Shown piece by piece: positions 1-14,491 of a stretch of 64,000 nt of DNA. The stretch comes from Eledone cirrhosa. Lineage: Eukaryota. A model generated the notes under the pieces. That model saw nothing but the letters and a program-made list of their open reading frames with translations, did not search any database and was not told where the DNA came from. A program made the translations under genes and the position numbers. The DNA is taken from NCBI GenBank assembly GCA_964016885.1, contig OZ024742.1, forward strand, positions 157,480,001-157,544,000, given 5' to 3'. Numbering within the stretch: the stretch's first letter is position 1; the number at the start of each line of letters is the position of its first letter.

Positions 1-930
1 AGCAGAATTATGTAGTTCATCAGTGGTAGAATATTAATTATAGGTTAACTAAATTAAAAATAATTTATAAATTAATTTCTAAAGTGTATATTAATTAGGT
101 TTATAATATTTAAAGGTTTTTCTCAGTTTATGATTACACGATATTATTAATTCCTGTCGCTTATTTAATAGGATATCCTTAGATTTCATTATTTCAAAAA
201 GTTCTTGGGAACATAATCTACATTCATTTCTACTATTTTGATAAGGTGTGGCCCTTTTGAGCACACTCCAGGTCATGTCATATTCTATATTCCTCTTTCT
301 ATAACTATTTATTATTTCAGCTAGAGATGTTGTATTAGCTAGTGCGGCATTTTTAAACTATGTTTGTGGGTATTAAATCTTACCTTAAATTTGTTAGAGG
401 TAGCTCCTATATATGAATAAATTGAGTCCTTAGTGTTAACTTTACATTTATATACTATGTTACTAACAAGGCAATTTCCTTGTAATGGACAGTTTGCCTT
501 GTTTCTACAGTTACAACTTTTCGTGAATCCTGTATCTGAGGAGATATTATGGTTAGTTTGATGTACTGGTGGTATACTCATGGTTTTTTACATTTATATG
601 CATTATAGGCACTTATATTTTGTTTTATGTTTATGGTTGTTGAGTAGGAGAATTTAACCGTTGATCTATTTAAGATTTGATGGTATTTGTGGTTTGGCGG
701 GAAGTTTTTCTCTAGGATATTAAAAAATGTTTCTGGTATATTATCCTTAATTTGTCAATTAAATGGAGCATTGTACCAAGTAACTCGTCTATTACGGTTT
801 CGATGTTGTTTATTGTTTTTATAGGATGCATCCTGATGTTTATTAAGATAATTATTGTAATTTTCAATATCCATGTGATATAGATTACCAGTTTTGTCCG
901 ACTGGACATGGATTTTTTTTAGATTTTTTT
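1..930 (-). mobile_element. Penelope-like element family A, inverted arm (internally deleted; runs off the window start)
   Basis: 1-858 is the reverse complement of ~2258-3117 (GIY-YIG region CNCRNKANCPL..IVYKC..YIG). ~859-912 on the minus strand encodes IHVQSDKTGNLYHMDIEN, the pre-RT motif also seen as HSDKTGNLY in family B. Confidence 0.9.
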
Positions 931-954
931 AGGTCCAATAGGGTAGAATCAAGG

Positions 955-3027
955 AATACATGAGTTCATATATAAAGAACTCAGGAAAAATTATAGAAAA
1001 ACAAATAATGCCTCACTTACCAACATCAACAACAAAACACACAGCATAGTGATTAGACTTTATATTGAAGATAGAACTGAACCTTTGGCATTGAAAAGAC
1101 CACACTTCAACCTGAAAGATCATAAATCTAACTTTAAATCTAATCCTTCTATAAGGCTGATATGCCCTTCCAAATCTGATATTGGAATAATTAGTAAAAA
1201 CATTTTAGATAGAGTCATCCCACATCTAAGAAAACATGTTAATTTACCACTCTGGGAAAACACATCCCAGGTAATTAACTGGTTTAATAATATTAGAAAT
1301 AAATCCTCTGCTTCATTTCTACAATTTGATATAGATAATTATTATTCTTCTATATCACCTATACTCCTGAACAAAGCCTTGATATTTGCTAAAAATAGAT
1401 CTAACTTAACTTTGGATGACATTAATATTATTACACATGCTAGACTAACACTATTGGAATTTCAGAATGAATACTGGACCAGAAACACATATAGTAATCT
1501 ATTCGATATTACTATGGGCTGAAGCGATTCTACCCAAATTACTGATCTTGTGGGCCTCTTTCTTCTTTTTAACATAAATGCTTCTTTTCCCCACCTTAAA
1601 GGTGGTTTATATCGTGACGACTGTCTTCTTCTTTCCAATAACCTTAGCCTCTCAGAGACAGAAAAAATAAAAAGCTTATTAGAACTTTCCTCAACGACTA
1701 TTATAGTCTAGATATTACATTTGAAAACACAAGTAAAGTAGTTAATTTCCTAGATATAACATTAAACTTATCTACGGGTATCTACCAACCTTACCATAAA
1801 CCCAACCAAAATTTACACTACATACACTCACAATCTAATCACCCTAAATCTATCCTTAAAAACCTTGCATATAATATATCACTTAGAATTTCTAACCTTT
1901 CGTCTAACCAAGATGTATTTGATAAAAATGCGACCTTTTATAACGAAGTTCTAGCTAGAAGTGGCCACAAAAATAGATTAGTATATATACCTTCTACCAA
2001 TAACACTACAAACATACAACCTAATATTACCAACAAACACCAAATGAAACATACACACCTAAATGCCACTCACACTATACCCCAAAACACCAACATAAAA
2101 CCAAATTTCTCTAACTCTTCTAATATACAGTATAGTAACTCTCAAAAAACTACTCATCCTACAACTCTAATAAATGTTAATAATAAAACTCCTAATAAAC
2201 AAGCTAAAACACCTAAATCAATAAATCTAACTAAAAATGTGTGTGGTGAGGTCATTAACAATAATTATCTTAATAAACATCAGGATGCATCCTATAAAAA
2301 CAATAAACAACATCGAAACCGTAATAGACGAGTTACTTGGTACAATGCTCCATTTAATTTACAAATTAAGGATAATATACCTAAAAAATTCTTTAATATC
2401 CTATAGGAAAACTTCCCGCCAAACCACAAATACCATCAAATCTTAAATAGATCAACGGTTAAATTCTCCTACTCAACAACCATAAACATAAAACAAAATA
2501 TAAGTGCCTATAATGCATATAAATGTAAAAAAACCATGAGTATACCACCAGTACATCAAACTAACCATAATATCTCCTCAGATACAGGATTCACAAAAAG
2601 TTGTAACTGTAGAAACAAGGCAAACTGTCCATTAAAAGGAAATTGCCTTGTTAATAACATAGTATATAAATGTAAAGTTAACACTAAGGACTCAATTTAT
2701 TCATATATAGGAGCTACCTCTAACAAATTTAAGGTAAGATTTAATACCCACAGACATAGTTTTAAAAATGCAGCACTAGCTAATACAACATCTCTAGCTG
2801 AAATAATAAATAGTTATAGAAAGAGGAATATAGAATATGACATGACCTGGAGTGTGCTCAAAAGGGCCACCCCTTATCAAAATAGTAGAAATGAATGTAG
2901 ATTATGTTCCCAAGAACCTTTTGAAATAATGAAATCTAAGGATATCCTATTAAATAAGCGACAGGAATTAATAATATCGTGTAATCATAAACTGAGAAAA
3001 ACCTTTAAATATTATAAACCTAATTAA
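955..3027 (+). pseudogene. Disrupted PLE RT-GIY-YIG polyprotein (family A)
   Basis: ORF pieces 1049-1522, 2044-2406 and 2536-3027 are collinear but broken by stops (TGA at 1520, TAG at 2404) and frameshifts. Confidence 0.9.
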
Positions 3028-3467
3028 TATACACTTTAGAAATTAATTTATAAATTATTTTTAATTTAGTTAACCTATAATTAATATTCTACTACTGATG
3101 AACTACATAATTCTGCTTTAAAAATTATAAACCTAATTAATATACACTTTTGAAATTAATATATTAACTATTTTTAATTTAGTTAACCTATAATTAATAT
3201 TCTACTACTGATGAACTACATAATTTTGCTTTCCTTCTTACAAATATCATTTCCTAAAACTGATACCATTAAGTAAACATATATAATGCTTTAACTTCAG
3301 GTTATGACTCTATGTTCATTGAAAACTATATATATTTACTATTTCTCACTAATAAATTTAATCTACCCCCCCCCCCCCCCCCCCCAATAATTATATGTAT
3401 ATATAAGTGTATATGTGTGTGTATATGTATGTGTATGTATGTATATATGCAAGTATATATATCTATG

Positions 3468-3544
<77 letters not shown>

Positions 3545-3627
3545 ATATATATGTATATGTATATATATATATGTGTGTATGTGTGTGACGTATGTGTATA
3601 TATATGTATATATATGTATATATATAA

Positions 3628-3679
<52 letters not shown>

Positions 3680-4370
3680 CTATGTGTATATATATATGTA
3701 TATATATATGTATAAATATATATATATATATATATATTATTTTTATATTCTTTTAATTTCCCCTCATCTTTAACAGCACTTTTCAACTGCATCTAATTCT
3801 TATTTATCATATCTATATGTATTAGTATAATTTTATCAATATAAATATACCCATCAATTAAATTAATTTATATTCTTTTCATAGATGTATTTTTTTCACT
3901 AACATTCTTATCTTAAACTTTAGTCACCTTAGATATTTGTATTGGCATTACTATTTTATAACAGCAACTGCTTGTGTACCTTTTACTGACCACCTGACCT
4001 ATTGTTACCCCTAAAATAAGCTTCAATTACTACTATTTTACCATTTGGCCAATTATTAACTTTCTATTGGTTAATTCTAAACCTCTTACCAAACAGACAG
4101 AATATATTAGATCTTTGTTGGTTTTATTCAATGAAAAAATGAAATTATTTCTGAGGTCAGCATAAGCCCTATTTCTTCCCTAAAATAATCCTTCATTCAT
4201 AATATTCTTTTCCATCCAAAACAGAAATCTACCATCCTCTACCCATAATTTAAGGTTCTTCTACTACTATATTACTATCCTGACCCTCACTATCTCTCTA
4301 TTGGTCAATTCAAAACCTGTTCCCAAACAGACCTATTGTATTGAATCTTTTTTTTTTCAATAAACAAGTA

Positions 4371-4514
4371 TCATTATTTCTGAAGACAGCATATATATAT
4401 GTGTAGGTATGTATATTCCCTCTGATAGTTTGTATAAATATTGTACATAGATCTATAGAATATGCATACCAACTCTAACACATATATATCCTAGAAACGA
4501 TCGTAAAATGATGA
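4371..4514 (+). ncRNA. Type I hammerhead ribozyme motif (family A 3' UTR), long stem II
   Basis: Stem I TCATTATTT/AAATGATGA; core CTGAAGA at 4380-4386; ~105-nt stem II region (ATATATATGTGT/ACACATATATAT, GGTATGTATATTC/GAATATGCATACC); GAAA at 4494; palindromic stem III ACGATCGT; predicted cleavage after GUA at 4505. Confidence 0.75.
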
Positions 4515-4701
4515 ATTTTTTTTAATATAAGGAACTGCTTCTTTGTTTATTCATTATTTTATTAATTTATCTTGAATCTGTTTTCCGTTTATTTTTCACC
4601 GAAAGTAGTTTTTGAATGCATCTTCTCTTTTCATGATAACCGGATTACATTGAGTTCTTCATACGGATTGGACACTACCGTAAACTTTTCGTAGATTTAT
4701 C

Positions 4702-6597
<1,896 letters not shown>

Positions 6598-6687
6598 ATA
6601 CTCCTATGTGGAATAAGTACGTTGAGTGCTTTAATTGAATTGCATCAATATTTACCCTAAGTACACACATATATATATATATATATA

Positions 6688-7030
6688 AAGAATTAGTACA
6701 TCTACCAACATATATATACAGACGTATACCTATGCTAGCAAATATATAGGTTTTGTCTTAGTAACTTTGTGGTTCAATGCAAGAGGATGCAGAACAATTA
6801 TATGAAAGACGTAAAATAAGAAAATTATAAAAATGTACTTACTTACTAAAGTTTCACTCCAACTAATTAGTTTCTGAAAGGGAATAAACATGGTTTCCGA
6901 TTGGAACAACATAGAGAAATGTCCTTTCGTCATCAGGGAGATCTGTTCTCAGCTAAGTTCCCAGGCAAAGCGTGGACACAGGGAACTTATACAAAAATAA
7001 TTCAGTGGATGGAAAAAAGCAAGCGAGGAT
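6688..7030 (-). mobile_element. Monomer of the non-coding HHR-bearing repeat (same family as the 31068-32417 array)
   Basis: AGAATTAGTACATCTACCAACATAT...GCGAGGA aligns by eye with ~31471-31817. Confidence 0.8.
6857..6940 (-). ncRNA. Type I hammerhead ribozyme motif
   Basis: Minus strand reads CTCC-CTGATGA-c-GAAAGG...CCTTTC-a-GAAA-CTAATTAG-TT-GGAG; palindromic stem III ACTAATTAGT; GUU triplet. Confidence 0.75.
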
Positions 7031-7127
7031 ATATATGTATATAAATATATATATATATATACACATGTATGTGTGTATGAATGTGTGTGTGAGTGTATAA
7101 ATAAATGACAATACATAAATAAATAAA

Positions 7128-7200
<73 letters not shown>

Positions 7201-7221
7201 GACAATACATAAATAAATAAA

Positions 7222-7289
<68 letters not shown>

Positions 7290-7466
7290 TTTATTTATTT
7301 ATGTATTGTCATTTATTTATACACTCACACACATTCATACACACATACATGTGTATATATATATATTTATATATACATATACATGTACACAGAGAGAGAT
7401 TAGTACGTGTGAAATATCTTTGTTACTGTTGATATTAGCACTCAATTTCATGCACATACACACAGG

Positions 7467-7578
<112 letters not shown>

Positions 7579-8225
7579 CATATATGTGTGTGTCTGTGTT
7601 TGTCTATGTATGTATGTATGCATGAATGTATACATAGTTTAATTGTTTCAGTAAATGACTAAATGATATTTCATGGAGTTATTGATATGCTGAATATTCA
7701 GTGTAAAAATATGAATACAATGATGGATGACATTTAACGTTATATGGTAGTTTGTTCCTAAATATAGATAGAAAGCAATGCATAAATAGTGAATATAATA
7801 GTTGAGATACAACGTAGCCAAATTTTCTATGTTAATTAAACATCGAGAAATTTATTGCGATTGTGTTATTCATTTATGCAACACTGTTAATTATTCCGCC
7901 ATCTTGTCTCCCTTCTATGGCTGGCGTCTTTCAAAAGTGATGTATATATTACATGAATTCAACAAATAGCATTAGCTGAAAAGTAGTCTATGTTGTATTT
8001 ATAATATTAATCAGTGGGAGTAAACTTTAAAGCTAACGTTGAAACTTCAACTGCGTGAGTCAAAGTTACGCTTATAATAGATAACATGCTACCATATGAA
8101 TTATGAATAGTGAGGAAAAGGTTAATGGAACAGGAAACATCTACTTCATTTGTTGTTTTATAACATAAATGCAAACGAAAGTATGCAAATCATATATATA
8201 CACATAAACGCACACACACTCACAC

Positions 8226-8291
<66 letters not shown>

Positions 8292-8719
8292 TTATATATA
8301 TATATATACATACATACACACATATATATATACACACACATATATATATTTATATATATATATATATATATACTTATAGGAAAGACATAAACAATGAACA
8401 ATTGTTTAGGAAGAAAAAGCATCTTCAATTCACCTGCCATTTATGAAGAAATTTATGATGCTTTTCCGCCATAAATTAGCGTTATCACAAGCATAAAAAT
8501 GATTTTGCCTTTGATTTGTACAATTTTATATTATTTCTGTTTAAAAGAAAACATTTAATACCGAAGTCATTTTCAAATATTTGTTAAATGGAAAAATAAT
8601 CTTGCAAGTTAATAAAGTATTTTATGTAATGCTTTTTAAATGATATCCTTCGTAATAAATTCCTAGAATTTCTACACAAATATTTTCCAATTTGACACAC
8701 GAAGAATGAAGTGTGCAGT

Positions 8720-8786
<67 letters not shown>

Positions 8787-9729
8787 ATGTATATATATAT
8801 ATATGTGTGTGTATGTATATAATATTGCTGTGTATTTCCATGTGTACTTATCAACGCGTATATATCTCCTAAAAGTTATGAACCGAACATTATTCTATTT
8901 TAAGACGCTCTAACAATAAATTCAATCTTCTACTTTGACCCAGACTTGGTCTGTTTGTACACCCTCAGCTTTTTACATTATTTTTTTTTATCTTTCCTTA
9001 TTTCCCCCTCACCTCACTTGCAATCCATTTAATAAATAAAACTCATTCATGTTGATATTTATGTATATCTATTAATGAAGCTAAGAAATATTTTATGGGA
9101 AGCTTCAGAAAATATTTATATTTTATTCTTCATTCCTTAACCGTAATATTGGATGTTAATATTTCGATTTTCATAAATTAACAATATGCTTCCTAACGAC
9201 ATGTTTCTGACTCCACAGTTTAAATATGTATTACTAAACGTCTAGAAGAGAGTACCGTATGATTATCGAGAAATACTACCGTATTTCATAATATATAAGT
9301 GGCACATTAATATTACTAATTTTACTATATCCAAATGAAATTTTCTTATCGACTATTATATCCTACCCAATTTCCACAGAAATTATGTTGTAAGACATAT
9401 TTGTTCATCATAACGTAATCCAACACCTTAAAATGTATAACATATCGTCAAAAGAACAAACATCTCTACTATTACTTGATCGTGATCATAGCACAGCGTT
9501 CAAGAAGAGGCATACATCTACATATATTCACCAAGTGGCTGTCTTTGTTATAATATAATGTTATTGTTCACTGTGTGTGAGAGGTCTGTATTTAACACTT
9601 ACATACATATCATGTTTTGAAATTCTTGTCTGATCTTTTACTGACAAGGAAAATTCGAGTGTCTATTTTCTTTTTAACGAAATATCTTATTACGATGGTA
9701 CCTTTCTGTATCTCTTTCTTATTAACTTG

Positions 9730-12452
9730 GAAGACGCCCGAGCCTCGCTGTTCAACATCGCTCGGCTCAGGCAGCTCTGGAAGATCCCACTCAAGATCCC
9801 GAGAGCGGCAGGGGTGTCGGTAGCCGATGCCCTCGCTCCTCGATTGAGAGCGCCCTGGACTCCAATCGAGCCAGTGACTAGGAGCAGCTATTCTATTTCG
9901 ACCCACTCACACTCGGCCTCCCCAATTCTGGCGCTGACCGGGGCGGCCGGTCAACAGCAGCCTTCGTCAAGGCCAATGTCTCGTCCTCTGAGCGAGCGCT
10001 CATTCCTAGCGTGCCCAGGGATGCCACACACCCCACCCTCAGGTACCCTCTATCCTCCACTCCCGAGGCCAGCGCCAAGCGTTTGCGTGACCAGGTAAAC
10101 GCCAAGCTTATCATGGGTGATGTCTCGGCTGCAGTCAGAGTTGTTGCCTCAGAGGCGGTGTCCTCCAAACCACCGAGAAGGTCCTGGCTGCTCTGCGACT
10201 CAAAAACCTTGAGCCACCCATCTCAGACACATAGCCCCACCGAGCCCACTTGCTCCTTGTTGTTACTGATTCAGGCATCACGTCCGCCATCAGGTCCTTC
10301 CCAGCTAGCAGCTGCGGAGGTGTTGATGGTCTCCGTCCAGGCCACCTCAAGGAGTTGATATCTCCCTCTCTGCTGAGGCCGGACGCCGCCTTCTGAGTGC
10401 AATTGTGGCGCTCACCAATAGACTCATCGGTGGTGCACTGGACCCTTACGCCCGATGTCTCATTTTTTCGCCCAGCCTCACAGCTCTCAGGAAGAGAGGG
10501 TTGTAAACTCCCCATTGTCTTCCGGAGGCTGGCTGCCAAGGTGTTCTGCAAGTCCGTAACACACGAACTGGGTGAAGAGTTTAGTCCGGTGCAACTGGGT
10601 GTCAAGGTGGGCGGTGGCTGTGAGGGTGCCGCTCTTGCAAGCAGGCCGTTCTTCAAAAGCTGCCGAACGGAACCGGCAGCCAGGGACTCCAGGCACCTCA
10701 TTGTCAAGTTTGATATGAGGAACGCCTTCAACTCTTTACGCCGAGATCATATACTCGAGGCCTGTCTCAGCCGGGCTCCCTCTGCCTACTCGCTGGCCTA
10801 CCTGTCATATGGAGACCTGAGCATACTCCATGCTGCTGATACGGTCATACCCTCGGCTACTGGGGTCCGACAGGGCGACCCTTTGGGACCCATCCCGTTC
10901 GCCCTTGGTATTGACCACATCGCCCAGAGTATCACAGCCCCTCTCAAGGTTTGGAATCTGGATGATGCTACGTTGGCCGGGCCCGTACAGACGGTCGGCC
11001 ATGACCTTCAATCGGTGGTTCCTGCCCTGGCGGGAATCGGCTTCCAGGTTAACTCGACCAAGTCGGAGGTGGTGAGCGTTAGCCTTGATGCTGCGAGTTT
11101 GGCAGCCTCCGTCTTGGACGTGCGGTCCATTCTCCGCCAGGATGTCCTCATCCTCGGGTCACCGATCCACCCGCCGGCCATCCGCTCCACCATCAGGTCC
11201 TGGCTTCAACAACTCCAGCCTCTCACGAGCCGAATGGGCTTGATTGACGGCCATCCACCTCTCTTTCTTCTGAGGAACTGCTTCGCCATGCCGAAGCTCC
11301 TCTATAAACTCCGCAGCGCTCCATGCTATGCCCAGACATCTCTCCTCGCTGACCTCGATACTTGTATCCGAGCAGCAGCCGAGGGGATATGCAACGTCAA
11401 GTTTGACGACATAGGGTGGCAACAGGCGACTTTACCTGTCAGGTATGGCGGCCTTGGCCTCTGGTCCCCGATCTCACTAGCTTTGCCGGCGTATCTTTCG
11501 TCGGTAACCTCGTGCCGTGTCCTCGTCTGCAGGGTTCTTCAAAACGCAACAGAACCCTCTGTGTTCAGAGAACGTGCGCCGCTTGTGAGACGTGGGACTG
11601 GCTGGGACTTAGCCTAGTAGACGTCCCTCCTCCTTCTCCCCCTGTTTACGTCAAGTCCCCCCAACGCAGTTGGGATGCCATCCAGTGCAGCCTGGCCTCA
11701 GACAGGCACACGCACAAGCTCGACCAGCACCGCATTGCTTGTTTTCGTGCGGCCTCCAAACCCTACAGTGGTTCGTGGCTCCATGCCATACCCTCCTTCT
11801 CTACTGGCACGCAGTTAGACAACCATAGCCTGCGAATCGCCGTTTCCCTGAGGCTCGGACTCCGGATCTGCCATCCACACCAATATCGTTGCGGTTCCAC
11901 CGTAGACTCTTACGCCCTCCATCCGCCTTCCTGTCGCCAGAGTGCCTGCAGCATTACACGCCATGCTGCCCTCAAAGAGGTCATTAAGCATGGCTTGGAA
12001 GCTGCAGGCTTCCCGTCCCTGCTCGACCCGATGAGGCTGGATCGATGGGACGGCAAAAGGCCAGATGGCATGCCCGTCTTCCCGTTCCGCGGTGGCAAAC
12101 CCCTCGTCTGGGATGCCACTTGCACCGACACTTTCTGCAGCCGTAAGCTGGTGTAGTCTGCGACTGACCTAGGTTCTGCTGCACGTCGGGCTGAGGGGGA
12201 CCAACTCCTCAAATACCGGTCGCTCTCCGACAGGTTTGCGGTCGTACCTCTGGCAGTGTAGACTTCTCGTGTTCTCGGCCCCAGGGCTACCTCTTTACTC
12301 ACTACCATAGGCGCTGAGCTGGACAGCCGCAGGTGTGATCCCCGCGAGTAGGAGTGGCTTTTCCAGCGACTCGCCCTTTCCGTCCTGCTAGTAAACGCCT
12401 TCTCCATTCTGTCCGCCTGGGCTGTGAGTGGGCGCCATCGCGTACCGTTGTA
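9730..12452 (+). mobile_element. Non-LTR retrotransposon with RT and restriction-like endonuclease (CRE/R2-type), degenerate and 5'-truncated
   Basis: GC-rich island. RT motifs QLGV.VGGGCE, KFDMRNAFNS, GVRQGDPLGP, WNLDD, LPVRYGGLGL; a decayed C-terminal zinc knuckle and RPDG...LVWDATCTDT (PD..D RLE); multiple frameshifts and stops. Confidence 0.9.
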
Positions 12453-12911
12453 GTTGTTGTATACAAATATTAACTCATCAATTCCAATTCTTTGTACAAG
12501 TTAATTATAACTGTCAGATATTTATTGTAGTAGATGAGATAAGAAGTTTTAACAGTGTCGTGAAATCACACGACTAGATAGTCGAAGCACTAAACTCTCA
12601 TCTTTAGTTTATGATACTCTAATGAGTAGAAGGTTATATGAAATCTCTGAAATTTGATCTTTTAATACAAATGTTAAGAAAAGGAGAATCAACTTTTCCC
12701 AATAATAACTATTATATCAGCTTTGATAAACCTAAGCTAGAAACGATTGAAAAAACCCGGTACCCAAAGACGTAGACAGGAGAATAAGTACTTTATTCTC
12801 AAACGAAACAACCTCCTGCATAAGCATTAAGTAGTATAATAAGTTACTAAAGGGCAAACACTGTAAATAAATTAAGCACTCAGTATTAACGTATAAATTA
12901 AGCACTCAGTA

Positions 12912-13050
12912 TTACTGGTGCTTTATTTTATCGACCCCGTAATGATGAAAGGCAACGCAAACCATAGCAGGATTTGAACTCAGAACATAAAGGGCCATAA
13001 CTCTATGCTGCAAAGAATGGTGTCGGACGCTCTACCGATTCTGGCAATCC
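12912..13050 (-). mobile_element. tRNA-derived SINE
   Basis: Minus strand has an A-box-like GAATCGGTAGAGCG, a B-box-like GAGTTCAAATCC and the central GCCTTTCATC..GGGGTCGATAAAAT domain. Confidence 0.8.
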
Positions 13051-13063
13051 AAACAGACTAATG

Positions 13064-13224
13064 GTTTCTACATTTGGCACAAGGCCAGCAATTATCCCAG
13101 CGCATTACTTGTACTTTATGTTATCGACCCGTTAACCTCGGCGGGATTTGAATTCAAATCGTAAAGGCTCGCAATTCCATGATGCAAAGTATGGCATGCG
13201 ACCCCCTAACGATGATGCCAATCC
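13064..13224 (-). mobile_element. tRNA-derived SINE
   Basis: Same family; tail TTGCTGGCCTTGTGCCAAATGTAGAAAC on the minus strand. Confidence 0.8.
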
Positions 13225-13494
13225 AGTTAGTATACATTTGATTGGAAAATTAGCATTGACAGTAACATGCATCTTAGGTAAAGAGATGTTTCATGAATAT
13301 CACCGGATTTAACATTCAGATTAATGTAATGTAGAAGTGCATACGGAGCTATTTAACAAACCCGTCAATATTACGCAACGGAAATATATTGATTTCTACA
13401 TAATACGCCGAAATTCTAATGAGAGTGCCGTTACATCAGGTTATCAACAGGTTTTTTTCTAGAACATATGTTAAGTTATGTTTTACTTGTATGC

Positions 13495-13569
<75 letters not shown>

Positions 13570-13571
<2 letters not shown>

Positions 13572-14111
13572 TACCGGATCGCAGGTTAGTTGCGATGAAA
13601 CAGGCGCTTGATGGACTCATAAGCAACCTCGGAGCATTAGCGGTAAATTGGTAATAGACAAGTAAAGGCCGCTGGTAAACAAATATTTGACTTCGCTAGT
13701 TTGAGAAGAGTAGGAAATTGGTCACATATGCAAAGAAAACAGCAACATCTTCAATATGGTTAAATGTAATATAAGCATTTATACAGCATCATTATTCAGG
13801 AGGGGCATGATCCCAAACTATATTGCAGTCTTCATCCAACGCTATAAGATCTGGTGATGATTAAGCTGCCTGTCCGGGAATGGGGTTGGTTGACGCACAA
13901 ACCTTCGTATGCCAAAACCTCAAAGACTGTCCGGAAAGGAGCAATTCATAACAATTGTCAAGTGGAACGTTACCAGACTTACATGTAAGGAGAAGGAACT
14001 AATGGAAGAAAACAGGGGCTACTAAGTAGATATAGTCGGGGATTCTGCAACAAAGTTCCGTGGATCTGGTAATGTAGATTTAGATGAAGGATGGAAATAT
14101 CTGTATTCTGG
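13570..14111 (+). mobile_element. RTE-clade LINE 5' remnant (UTR plus start of the APE endonuclease)
   Basis: ~13963-14111 translates as WNVTRLTCKEKELMEE...Y*VDIVGDSATKFRGSGNVDLDEGWKYLYSG, resembling the REX3/Expander APE N-terminus. The left boundary is approximate. Confidence 0.65.
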
Positions 14112-14434
14112 CATGACACCAGAACTGACTAATATGTGGCACACAATGTTTGAATGTGTTATGGCCTGCATCGCATTGGGGCTGGGGGATGGTCAAGATA
14201 TTTAGGCTACCAGAAGAAGGTTCTATGTGGATGTAGCAACACTAGGCGAAAAAAAAACCAATACTGATCCTTGCTTGATGAAGTCAGTGCCGTGTTAAAT
14301 GTAGTTAAGTCTGAGTCATATATTCTTGAGATTATACTATTGAATGAAAAACCGAGAACTCCCTTATTCGTCTGAAGACGTTGAAACGGAATGGAGACTG
14401 TTCAGCTTTGTAGTTTCTGATTCGACGCTTAAAT

Positions 14435-14491
14435 GCTGCTGATGAAACCAACTCGGTGTGGTACCGTGGTAGGGTGAAACCTTGGTTCAAC
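14435..14491 (+). ncRNA. Hammerhead ribozyme motif (isolated, somewhat decayed)
   Basis: GCTG-CTGATGA-AACC...GGGT-GAAA-CCTTGG-TT-CAAC; near-palindromic stem III; one stem I mismatch. Confidence 0.5.

Noticed and set aside
1517-1525. In-frame TGA in the family A RT as possible selenocysteine (as in Naiad PLEs)
   Set aside because: Copy 2 has TCA (Ser) at this codon, so it is a point mutation. The domain order is also RT then EN, not the Naiad EN-RT order.
13570-13960. Possible HDV-like ribozyme in the RTE 5' UTR
   Set aside because: Expected for some RTEs, but I could not fold a nested double pseudoknot by eye.
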